Origin: an uncultured Enterobacteriaceae bacterium
Lineage (GTDB): Bacteria; Myxococcota_A; UBA9042
DNA: 64,000 bases
Assembly: GCA_964560875.1 (NCBI GenBank)
Contig: CAZLMW010000013.1
Location: forward strand, 12,279 to 76,278
Direction of reading: 5' to 3'
The notes under the pieces were generated by a model. That model had not been told where the DNA came from and did no database searches. It saw only the letters and a program-made list of their open reading frames with translations. Made by a program: the position numbers and the translations under genes. Shown here piece by piece: positions 46,698 to 55,868 of this stretch; position 1 is the stretch's first letter; every line of letters begins with the position of its first letter.

Positions 46698-48539
46698 ATG
46701 GAATGTAAGTACGATCTCGTGATCCGAAGAGGACGGATCGCAGACGGGACAGGGGCTCCGGTTTTTGTCGGAGACATCGCGATTAAAGACGGTGTCATTG
46801 CCGCGATTGAGCCGCCTGGAGCAGCCGCGGCCGGCCGCGAAGAGATCGACGCCGACGGTCTGCTGGTAACGCCGGGCTTTGTCGACATGCACACGCATTA
46901 CGACGGCCAGGTGACCTGGGATCCCTACCTCACGCCGTCCAGCTTCCACGGCTGCACGACCGTCGTCATGGGCAACTGCGGCGTCGGTTTCGCGCCGGCC
47001 CGACCCGACCGTCACGATTGGTTGATCGGTTTGATGGAGGGGGTCGAGGACATCCCGGGCGCCGCGCTGACCGAGGGAATCGTCTGGAACTGGGAGACGT
47101 TCCCCGAGTACATGGACGCGATTGACGCCAGCCCGCACGCAATCGACTTCGCGACTCAGGTTCCTCACGGCGCCTTGCGGGCCTATGTCATGGGTGATCG
47201 CGGCGCCGCCAACGAGGACGCGACCGCCGAGGATATTGCCCAGATGCGGGCGATCGTTGTCGAAGCGCTCGACGCAGGCGCGCTCGGTTTCTCGACGTCC
47301 CGGACGCTGATGCACAAGTCGATCGAAGGCGTCCCGGTACCCGGCACGTTCGCCGCGCGCGATGAGATCTTCGGTATTGGCGAGGCGCTGAAGGAATCGG
47401 GCAAGGGCGTCTTCGAGCTCGCCTCGGAGCACCTGACGATGGCGAGCGAGTTTGAGTGGATGCGCGATCTTGCCGAGGACATGCAGCGGCCTGTCGTATT
47501 CAACCTGTCGCAGACCGACCAAGCGCCCAACCTGTTCAAGGATCTGCTCGGTCTGCTCGATGACGCAGAGGCGCGCGACATCCCGGTCTACGCGCAGTGC
47601 GCCGGACGCGCGATCGGCATCATGATGTGCTGGCAGGGCACAGGTAATCCGCTCATGCCGTACCCCTGCTACCTCGAGATCGCCCAGCTCCCATGGCCGG
47701 AGCGACTTGAGCGACTGCGCGATCCTGCGTTCCTGCAAACCCTGCTGCAGCAAGAGCCGTTTTCGGTCGGGGAATTCGAGGACTGGGTCGTCAAGTCGTA
47801 CAGCAAGATGTTCCCGCTCTACGACGGCATCAACTACGAGCCCGACGCGTCCCAATCGGTCGCCGCCATCGCTGCCCATCGGGGGGTCGATCCGCGCATC
47901 GTCATCTACGAAGCGCTGATGCAGCGGGACGGCCAGGGGATGCTCTACTTCCCGCTCTACAACTACGCGGACGGCGACCTCGAGGCGTTGCGCGCGATGC
48001 ACCTGCACCCACGGACGCGCATGGGTTTGGCCGACGGCGGCGCGCATTGTGGCGCGATCTGCGATGGCGGGATGCCCACCTTCATGTTGACCCACTGGAC
48101 CCGCGACCGAAGCCGCGGCGCAAAGATCCCGCTCGAGTACATCATCATGCGGCAAACCCGCCAGACGGCCGCCTTTTACGGGCTGCTCGATCGCGGCTTG
48201 CTCGCCCCCGGATATAAGGCCGACGTCAACGTCATCGACTACGATCAGCTCGCTTTTCGGCAACCCGAGCTCGTCTGGGATCTTCCCGCTGGCGGGCGAC
48301 GACTGCTGCAGCGCGCCGACGGCTATGTCGCGACCATCTGCAGCGGTGATGTCATCTATCGCAACGGCGAACCGACGGGTGCGATGCCGGGCAAACTGGT
48401 CCGCGGTCACAAGGAAGGGCCGGCAGACGAAAAAGCATCCCAGGGCAAAGAAGCATCCCAGGGCAAAGAAGCATCCCAGGGCAAAGAAGCATCCCAGGGC
48501 AAAGAAGCAATTCAGGGCTTCGTGTCCGCCGGGATTTGA
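46698..48539 (+). CDS. N-acyl-D-amino-acid deacylase (D-aminoacylase) family amidohydrolase with C-terminal (ASQGKE)x4 tail
   Basis: Metal-dependent amidohydrolase motifs (FVDMHTHYDGQ, HGCTTVVMGNCGVGFAP), about 570-aa core. The 18-nt repeat gcatcccagggcaaagaa x4 at 48435..48506 encodes ASQGKE x4. Confidence 0.9.
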   Translation: MECKYDLVIRRGRIADGTGAPVFVGDIAIKDGVIAAIEPPGAAAAGREEIDADGLLVTPGFVDMHTHYDGQVTWDPYLTPSSFHGCTTVVMGNCGVGFAPARPDRHDWLIGLMEGVEDIPGAALTEGIVWNWETFPEYMDAIDASPHAIDFATQVPHGALRAYVMGDRGAANEDATAEDIAQMRAIVVEALDAGALGFSTSRTLMHKSIEGVPVPGTFAARDEIFGIGEALKESGKGVFELASEHLTMASEFEWMRDLAEDMQRPVVFNLSQTDQAPNLFKDLLGLLDDAEARDIPVYAQCAGRAIGIMMCWQGTGNPLMPYPCYLEIAQLPWPERLERLRDPAFLQTLLQQEPFSVGEFEDWVVKSYSKMFPLYDGINYEPDASQSVAAIAAHRGVDPRIVIYEALMQRDGQGMLYFPLYNYADGDLEALRAMHLHPRTRMGLADGGAHCGAICDGGMPTFMLTHWTRDRSRGAKIPLEYIIMRQTRQTAAFYGLLDRGLLAPGYKADVNVIDYDQLAFRQPELVWDLPAGGRRLLQRADGYVATICSGDVIYRNGEPTGAMPGKLVRGHKEGPADEKASQGKEASQGKEASQGKEASQGKEAIQGFVSAGI

Positions 48540-48563
48540 GCCGCGAATCGTTTGTCGCGGGGA

Positions 48564-49892
48564 CTACGACTTATCCTGGGCAGCTTTGGCGGCCTTTGCG
48601 GCCTTCGCAGCTTTGGCCTTGGCGATCTCGGCCTTGACCTTTTCGCTAGCGAGCCGCTGGGTGGTGGCCATGTGCAGTCGCTTACGAACCGGCTGACTGG
48701 ACACCGAGGCTGAGTCGGCTTGCACGGCTTTGACCGGCGCCGGGTCGTTGGGCGGGAGGCTGGTCGGCGGCGGGGCCTTGGACGCGATGTGCACGTCTTC
48801 GGGGAGCTTGCCGACGCTCAGGCGCGAGATGCGGCGTTCCTGCAGGAGCGCATAGGTCTCTTCGCGGCGCGCCCGTCCACTCGTGCGGCGTCGGCGCGGC
48901 TTATCGACCGTGACGGTGAGCTGGCTGTTGCGACGTTTCGTACGGGCGACCGCGCAGTCGCGCAGCGCGTCGCGCATCTCGGGCGCGGATTGGTAACGGT
49001 CCGCCGCGTCTTTCTCGAGCGACTTCATGATCACGTCGGCGATGTCGGCTTCGAGGTCGGGCGCCGTCTCACTGAGCGGTTTAGCTGGCTGCGTGACGTG
49101 CGCCATCATCGTCATCAGCGCGTTGGCGCCCTTGTCGATCGGCAGCTGCAGCGCCGCGCATTCGTAGAGCACCACGCCGAGCGAGTAGAGGTCGCTGCGG
49201 CCATCCACCTCGCCGCGTCCGATCGCCTGTTCCGGGCTCATGTGCGAGGGGGTTCCGATCGGCTGGCCCGCCTGGGTCATCGCTGAGCCTTTCTCCCGGA
49301 CGATGCCGAAGTCGAGCACCTTCACGATCTCGCGGTTGCCGAGCCGGTGCATGAAGATGTTCTCAGGCTTCATGTCGCGGTGGACGAGGCCATGGCCGTG
49401 GGCTTCCGCGAGGCTTTGCAGGACGCCGGTGCCGATCTGGGCAATCGTGCCGCTGGGCAGCGGTGCGCCGTCGCTCTTGGCGTCGGACAGACGCTTGCTT
49501 AGCGGCACACCGACCAACCTTTCCATCACCAGGAAGAGCTGCCCGTTCTGCGTTTGGCCGTAGTCGTAGACGCGGATCGTGTTGCCGTGCGTGAGCCTGG
49601 ACGTGGTGTAGGCCTCGCGCACGAAGCGCAGCGTGGCCTCGTCACCTTCGGCGTTGAACGCCGGCGAGAGGACCTTGACCGCGAGGTTCATGCCGTTGCG
49701 GAGGTCGGCGACGCCAAAGACCTTGCCGAAGCCGCCCTGGCCGATCAGCTCCTTGATCTCAAACCGGTCGCCGAGCACCGAGCCAGGTTGGATTTCTTTG
49801 CCGGTGCCCTGGACCACGCGCAGCGTCGGAACACCGTCGTCCGGGCAGCGCCGTTTCTTGCTGATCGTGCCGCAGACGGCGCAGCGTCGCAT
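48564..49892 (-). CDS. Hanks-type Ser/Thr protein kinase with N-terminal zinc-ribbon (CxxC...C..D) and C-terminal Lys/Ala-rich tail
   Basis: Motifs GQGGFGKV, AVK, HRDMKPENIF, DFG, SPE. N-terminal CAVCGTISKKRRCPDDG. C-terminal KAKAAKAAKAAKAA. Start at MRRCAVCG (M18 of the ORF). Confidence 0.85.
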   Translation of the reverse strand: MRRCAVCGTISKKRRCPDDGVPTLRVVQGTGKEIQPGSVLGDRFEIKELIGQGGFGKVFGVADLRNGMNLAVKVLSPAFNAEGDEATLRFVREAYTTSRLTHGNTIRVYDYGQTQNGQLFLVMERLVGVPLSKRLSDAKSDGAPLPSGTIAQIGTGVLQSLAEAHGHGLVHRDMKPENIFMHRLGNREIVKVLDFGIVREKGSAMTQAGQPIGTPSHMSPEQAIGRGEVDGRSDLYSLGVVLYECAALQLPIDKGANALMTMMAHVTQPAKPLSETAPDLEADIADVIMKSLEKDAADRYQSAPEMRDALRDCAVARTKRRNSQLTVTVDKPRRRRTSGRARREETYALLQERRISRLSVGKLPEDVHIASKAPPPTSLPPNDPAPVKAVQADSASVSSQPVRKRLHMATTQRLASEKVKAEIAKAKAAKAAKAAKAAQDKS

Positions 49893-49959
49893 GAAGGTCC
49901 CCCGGGTCGCGCGAGTATCCCGCCGCGTCGCCCATGGGGTCAATGGCGGTATCGGTCTG

Positions 49960-52900
49960 TCACGCGCGATGTCCAGACCGCAGCGCGCGTGCCGTTGGCG
50001 TGTCGGTGTCCGCGTCGATGTAGGGAACGACGCCGCCTTGCCAGAGCACCTCGCCGCCCGCGTCGCCGCCGCCGGGGCCGAGATCGACCAACCAGTCCGC
50101 TTCGAGCAGCAGGTCGATGTTGTGTTCGATGACGATCAGCGTGTCGCCGCGGTCGACGAGATCGTGCAGCACGTCCATCAGCCGGCGTTGATCGGCGAGG
50201 TGCAAACCCGTCGTCGGTTCGTCGAGCACGTACAAGGTCTCGCTATGACGGCGGCGGGCCAGCTCGGCGACCAGCTTGATCCGTTGCGCCTCGCCGCCCG
50301 AAAGCGTGTTGGAGCCCTGGCCGAGCCGCAGGTAGCCAAGGCCCATTTTACAAGCCATGCGCAGGGGTCTGGCCACGGCGCTGACCGAAGCGAAATGATC
50401 GGCGGCGTCTTGAATCGCCATCCCGAGCACGTCGGCGACGCTCGCGCCGTTGTGGCGGACTTGCAGTGTCCGCGCGTCGTATCGGGCGCCGCTACAGCCC
50501 TCGCAGTTGACGTATCCGGCGGGCAGAAAGCTCATCTCGAGTTTGCGTTTTCCCGCGCCTTTGCAGCTCTCGCATCGTCCGCCTGGCACGTTGAACGAAA
50601 AGCCGCTCGGGGTCAGGCCAAGCACCTTCGCGTCGGGCAGGCTGGCGAAGAAGCGGCGGATCGGGTCGAACACCTTGAGGTACGTCGCAGGACAGGACCT
50701 GGGCGTGCGGCCGATCGGGCTCTGATCGACCTCGGCGATGCGGCCGATGCCTTCCAGTCCGTCCAGCGTGACGACTTCGGCGAATCGGTGGTCTTCGTCA
50801 CCCAGCCACCCTCTGCCTTCACGCACGAGCAGATCCCGCACAAGGGTCGACTTGCCCGAGCCGCTAACCCCGCTGACGACGTTGAATCGACCGCGCATAA
50901 ACGACGCGTCGGCGCCATGCAGGTTGTTGCGGTGCGCTCCCCGGATCGCGATCGGCTCCGCACCGGCGAGATCTCGGGGCTCCGTGCGGCTGCGACGGGT
51001 GCTCGCATCGCGCAAGACCTTCGCCGTTGGTGAGTCGTCCCGCTTGAGCAACGCCGCAAGGGGGCCTTCGTGGATGACCGTGCCGCCGTGTTCACCGCCG
51101 CCGGGGCCGAGCTCGATGACATGGTCGGCTTGGCGGATCGTCGCCTCGTCGTGTTCGACCACGAGCAGCCCACTGCCCCTCTTTCGCAGCGCCTGGAACG
51201 CGGCGAGCAAGCGCTGGTTGTCGGCCGGATGCAGCCCGATCGACGGTTCATCGAGCACGTACAACACGCCGCGGAGGTTGGACGCCAGCTGCGCCGCGAG
51301 CCGGATGCGCTGCGACTCGCCCCCGCTCAACGTCACGGCGCCGCGGCCGAGCGCGAGATAGGAGAGCCCGATCTGTTCGAGCAGCTCACAGCGCGTGCGC
51401 ACTTCCCGCACGATGCCTTCTGCCACGATCGCCTCGCGCCGCCGCCATTTGAGCCCGCCAAGCGCGTCAGACAATGCCTTCGGTGTCATGGCGACGAGCC
51501 CGTCGATGGTCCGCTGGCCGATGGTCACGGCGCGCGCTTCGGCCCGCACCCGACTGCCGCCACAAGCGCTGCACGCTTGCACGATACGAAGCGTGTGGTT
51601 CTCGCCCTCTCGCGCTTGTTTTTCAAAGTCGGCACCAGCCTGTTCCGCGGTCGATTTCGTGGCGCGGTTGCGGCGTCGGCGGCGCTTCTTCTTCTTCTTG
51701 GGCTCGACCGGCACCGGCTCCACCCCGCTGCCCGTGCAGTGGGGGCACCAGCCGCGCTTGGAGGTAAACGAAAAGAGCAGCGGGTCGGGCGGTTCGACGC
51801 TGATATCGCAGCTTCCGCAGTGTCGGTCGCGCGCGAAGACGACCGCTTCGCCATCGGCTTGTCGGCACACGACGGTTCCGTCACCGGCGGCGATCGCGGC
51901 TTCGACCGCGTTGATCAACGGCCGCACCTTCCACTGGTTTCGGGTCGTGCTCTCGGCCGTCCACGGCAAGCGCGCGATCACCTCGTCGATGTCGTGCGCG
52001 ACGTAGCGACGCAGCTGCGGGACGGCGCGGGTCGGCAGCAAACGCCCATCGATGTGGACAAACCGGCGACCGGCGTCCCGGCATTTCTCGATGACGTCGC
52101 GATGGTGGCCTTTGCGCCCGCGGATGAGCGGCGTCATCACGTACAGCGGCGCCCCGCGAAAACGTCTGCGAATCGACGCGGCGATATCGGACGTCTTCTG
52201 GGCGGAAACGGGCTCGCCACAGGTCGGGCAGCGTTGCGTTCCGCAGCGCGCGAACAACAGGCGCAGGTAGGGATAGATGTCGGTGAGCGTCGCGACGGTC
52301 GACCGCATTCCGCCGCGCGTCGTGCGCTGGGCGATGGCCACGGTCGGGGGTAGCCCGCGGAGGCTGTCGACGTCGGGCCGCGCGATCGGAGGTAGGTATT
52401 GGCGTGCGTAGGGGGATAGACAGTCGAGGAACCGGCGCTGGCCTTCCGCGAACAACACGTCGAACGCCAGCGAGCTCTTGCCCGAACCGCTCAAGCCTGT
52501 CACCACGGTCAGTCGGTCCCGCGGGACGTCGATGTCGAGGTTACGCAGGTTGTGGACCCGGGCCCCGCGCACCTGGATTTGACCGGAGTCGCCGATCACA
52601 CGTTGCGCGGCGGTTGTTGCGTGCTCCCCGCCATCGCCGTCGCGCGGTTGCGCGGCCTTGGTCGGTTCGTCGCGATGTTTGCGCATGTAGTCGGCGGTGA
52701 TCGTGTCGCCGCGCTTGACGAGCCGATCCGCGGTGCCGGTGAACACGATCTTGCCCCCGCCAGGTCCACCCTCGGGCCCGAGCTCGATCACATGCTCGGC
52801 CGCAGCGATGACGTCGAGGTTGTGCTCGATGACGATCACCGTGTTGCCGGCGTCCACGAGGCGACGCATGCATTCGATCAGCACGCGGACATCGGCCACA

Positions 52901-55650
52901 TGCAGACCGGTGGATGGCTCGTCGAGGAGCATCAGGGCCCCGCGGGTTCGCGCGCACAGCAGGTGGTGGGCGATCTTGAGCCGCTGGCTCTCCCCGCCTG
53001 AGAGTGTGGCGAGGCTTTGACCCAGTCGCAGGTAGCCAAGTCCGAGCTCGACCATCGCGGCGAACGGCCGACAGAGGCGGCGATCATCGGTGAAGTTGGC
53101 GACCACCTCGCTGGCTGTCATCGCCAGGAAATCGGCGACGGTGCGGCCGCGATGTTTGACCTGCAACACCTCGCGTGAAAAGCGCTGACCGCCACAGGCC
53201 TCACACGCGATGCGCACGTCGGAGAGGAACTGCATGTCGACGATCTCGACGCCGGCCCCTTCGCACACGTCGCAGCGCCCGCCCTTGGTGTTGAAGCTGA
53301 AGGTCGAGGCCGTGTAGCCGCGGTCTTTGGCCAGGTCTTCGGCGGCGAGTCGGCGTCGAATCGCGTCCCACGCCTTGAGGTAGGTTGCGCAATTGGCCCG
53401 CGTGCTGCCGGCGATGGGCGCCTGTTGCACCAGCACGACATCCTGGACGCCGTCCAGCCCGATCAGCTCACGGCAAGCGCCGGGAGGTTCGGTCGCGCGG
53501 CCGAGCCGGCGGAGCATGTGCCGATACAGCACCTCGTCGATGAGCGTGGATTTGCCCGATCCCGACACGCCACAAACCGCGTTGAGGGCGCCCCGCTTGA
53601 AGCGCACGCTGCGGATGTCCAGGTTGCGCGCCGAGACCCCGCGCAGCACGAGCCAGGGGTTGCTGCTCACGCCCGCGAATCCCCGTTTGCGGGCGATGGT
53701 TCGGGCCCGCTGGGCGATCGCAACAGCGCGCGTGTCGGCAGGTGACTCTTCGGTTGGTAGGGGGCTGGCGGGCGGCGTGGTGCGGCCAAGCAGGTAGTCG
53801 GCGGTCGGTCCCGCGACGTCTTCGCCGATCGCGTCTGGCGGCCCCGCATAGACGATTTGTCCGCCGTGTTCGCCGGCGCCGGGCCCCAGATCCACGAGGT
53901 AATCCGCGGCGAGAATGAGCGCCGGGTCATGTTCGACGACGACCACCGAGTTGCCGGCCGTGACCAGCCGTCGAAGGATGCCGAGCAGGCGTTCAGTGTC
54001 GCGCGGATGCAGGCCGACGCTGGGTTCGTCGAGCACGTAGAGCACCTGGCTCAGCCCGCTGGCGAGCGCGGTAACGAGCTGAACGCGCTGAAGCTCGCCA
54101 CCTGACAGCGTCCGTCCGGCCCGATCGAGCGCGAGGTACGACAAGCCCAACTCGTGCAGCAGTCCGACCCGTCGGCGCAGCTCCTCGAGCGGTTGATCCA
54201 GCGCTTTTCCGGTGGCCGGCATCACCGCGAGCCGCCCGAGCTTTTCGACCACGTCTTCGATCGGCGCGGCCAACCACTGCGGCAGCGCCCAGCCATCGAG
54301 CTTCCAGGCGAGCGATTCGGGTTTGAGCCGGGCTCCCTTGCACTGCGGACACGGCTTGTAGGTCCGGTACCGCGCGAGCTGCACGCGGACATGCATCCGA
54401 TAGCTGCGCGCTTGCAGCCAGTCGAACCACGCGCGGAGCGAGTAGAAGGCGGGTGCGTCGTCGTCCGGGTAGCCGTCGATGATCCAGCGCTTGTGTTCGT
54501 CGGAGAGCTTGCGCCAGGGCACATCGTCGGGAATGCCGACGGCCTCGCAAAACGTGTACAGCTGCTTGCGTTCCCAGCCTGTCTTCTTGGTCGCCCACGG
54601 CCGGATCGCCTTGTTCTTCAGGCTGTTCTTGCTGCCGCGCAGGGTGAGGTTGGGATCGGGGATGCAGCGGTCCCAGTCGATCTTCATGATTCGCCCGAAA
54701 CCGTTGCAGTGTTCGCAGGCGCCGAGCGGGGAGTTGTACGAAAACAGGCTCGGAGACGGGTCGGGCAGCTCGCTGTCGCAGCTCAAACAACGGAGTGACG
54801 CGGTCGCGCGATAGCGTCTCAAGCCGCCTTCTTCGCGCTGCACATCCAGCAGCTTGATGCCTTCGAGGGTCGCGCCGTCCACCCACAGGTCCGCGATGCC
54901 GTCGCCGCGCCGCATCGCCTGGTCGACCGAGTCGTGCAGCCGGGCGGTATCTGTCGCCGCCAGCTTGAGCCGGTCTTGCAGCACCGCCAGCTCGCCATCG
55001 AGCCACTCCGCGTCCGGCAGGTCGGCGACTTGAACCACACGGCCATCGCGCCAGAGTCGGCTGTACCCGGCGACGAGCAGCCCGTTGCGCACCGCATTGA
55101 CGGCCGACAGCCCCGGCACCCGCAGCGGGAAGGTCACCAGCGCTTTGCGACCATCGCCCGCCACCGCGACCTCATCGGCCACTTGAGCGGGATGCAACCG
55201 CGCCATTTCCCGGCCACAGCTCGGACAGGTCGGCAGCGCCTGCGCCGCGAACACGATCTTTAGATAGTCCAGCACGTCCGTCAGCGTCGCCACGGTCGCC
55301 CGCGACGCCCGCATCCGTTTGCCCTGTTGCAGCGCGACGGTCGGCACAATGCCTTGAATCGAGTCCGCCTCGGGGCGCGGCATCCGCTGCATGAACTGGC
55401 GCGCGTAGCTGCTCAGGCACTCGACGTAGCGACGCTGACCCTCGGCATAGAGCGTGTCGAACGCCAGGGAGCTCTTGCCCGAGCCGCTCACCCCGGTGAT
55501 CGCGACAAGCTTGCCCAGCGGCAGGTCGAGATCGATGCCCTGCAGGTTGTTTTGGCGGACCCCACGCAGCGCCACCACGCCGGCGGCCAGCGACTTCCTC
55601 TGGGGCCTTTTCTGCGGCTTGTTGGCAGGACTTTTGGACGGCACGTTCAT
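49960..55650 (-). CDS. uvrA: Tandem-fused double UvrA (excinuclease ABC subunit A-like), about 1896 aa with four ABC ATPase modules
   Basis: Two complete UvrA-like halves. Each begins R(G/A)ARxHNLxxIDLD(L/V)P...TG(V/L)SGSGKSSLAFD(T/V)L(Y/F)AEGQRR and contains Zn-finger Cys clusters and two Walker A/B/signature sets (e.g. LSGGE, YVLDEPS/T). Start at MNVPSKSP (M52 of the ORF extending to 55803). Confidence 0.85.
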   Translation of the reverse strand: MNVPSKSPANKPQKRPQRKSLAAGVVALRGVRQNNLQGIDLDLPLGKLVAITGVSGSGKSSLAFDTLYAEGQRRYVECLSSYARQFMQRMPRPEADSIQGIVPTVALQQGKRMRASRATVATLTDVLDYLKIVFAAQALPTCPSCGREMARLHPAQVADEVAVAGDGRKALVTFPLRVPGLSAVNAVRNGLLVAGYSRLWRDGRVVQVADLPDAEWLDGELAVLQDRLKLAATDTARLHDSVDQAMRRGDGIADLWVDGATLEGIKLLDVQREEGGLRRYRATASLRCLSCDSELPDPSPSLFSYNSPLGACEHCNGFGRIMKIDWDRCIPDPNLTLRGSKNSLKNKAIRPWATKKTGWERKQLYTFCEAVGIPDDVPWRKLSDEHKRWIIDGYPDDDAPAFYSLRAWFDWLQARSYRMHVRVQLARYRTYKPCPQCKGARLKPESLAWKLDGWALPQWLAAPIEDVVEKLGRLAVMPATGKALDQPLEELRRRVGLLHELGLSYLALDRAGRTLSGGELQRVQLVTALASGLSQVLYVLDEPSVGLHPRDTERLLGILRRLVTAGNSVVVVEHDPALILAADYLVDLGPGAGEHGGQIVYAGPPDAIGEDVAGPTADYLLGRTTPPASPLPTEESPADTRAVAIAQRARTIARKRGFAGVSSNPWLVLRGVSARNLDIRSVRFKRGALNAVCGVSGSGKSTLIDEVLYRHMLRRLGRATEPPGACRELIGLDGVQDVVLVQQAPIAGSTRANCATYLKAWDAIRRRLAAEDLAKDRGYTASTFSFNTKGGRCDVCEGAGVEIVDMQFLSDVRIACEACGGQRFSREVLQVKHRGRTVADFLAMTASEVVANFTDDRRLCRPFAAMVELGLGYLRLGQSLATLSGGESQRLKIAHHLLCARTRGALMLLDEPSTGLHVADVRVLIECMRRLVDAGNTVIVIEHNLDVIAAAEHVIELGPEGGPGGGKIVFTGTADRLVKRGDTITADYMRKHRDEPTKAAQPRDGDGGEHATTAAQRVIGDSGQIQVRGARVHNLRNLDIDVPRDRLTVVTGLSGSGKSSLAFDVLFAEGQRRFLDCLSPYARQYLPPIARPDVDSLRGLPPTVAIAQRTTRGGMRSTVATLTDIYPYLRLLFARCGTQRCPTCGEPVSAQKTSDIAASIRRRFRGAPLYVMTPLIRGRKGHHRDVIEKCRDAGRRFVHIDGRLLPTRAVPQLRRYVAHDIDEVIARLPWTAESTTRNQWKVRPLINAVEAAIAAGDGTVVCRQADGEAVVFARDRHCGSCDISVEPPDPLLFSFTSKRGWCPHCTGSGVEPVPVEPKKKKKRRRRRNRATKSTAEQAGADFEKQAREGENHTLRIVQACSACGGSRVRAEARAVTIGQRTIDGLVAMTPKALSDALGGLKWRRREAIVAEGIVREVRTRCELLEQIGLSYLALGRGAVTLSGGESQRIRLAAQLASNLRGVLYVLDEPSIGLHPADNQRLLAAFQALRKRGSGLLVVEHDEATIRQADHVIELGPGGGEHGGTVIHEGPLAALLKRDDSPTAKVLRDASTRRSRTEPRDLAGAEPIAIRGAHRNNLHGADASFMRGRFNVVSGVSGSGKSTLVRDLLVREGRGWLGDEDHRFAEVVTLDGLEGIGRIAEVDQSPIGRTPRSCPATYLKVFDPIRRFFASLPDAKVLGLTPSGFSFNVPGGRCESCKGAGKRKLEMSFLPAGYVNCEGCSGARYDARTLQVRHNGASVADVLGMAIQDAADHFASVSAVARPLRMACKMGLGYLRLGQGSNTLSGGEAQRIKLVAELARRRHSETLYVLDEPTTGLHLADQRRLMDVLHDLVDRGDTLIVIEHNIDLLLEADWLVDLGPGGGDAGGEVLWQGGVVPYIDADTDTPTARALRSGHRA

Positions 55651-55868
55651 CGATGCCCGGAAGCGAGGGGCGGCGAGCATGCCGGTCCGATCCACCGGCG
55701 GCAACGACACGACCGACCACAGCGTGAAAAGACGGCGTTTGCCGAGCGCGGCGCCGAGGTGGGGCAAACCACGCACTGAAATAGCGGACCGCAGGCCTTG
55801 CATGTTGGGTCACCGCGTATCGATCCAACTCTCATCGCCAAACCCACCGGCCTCGGACCGAGCTGTGC

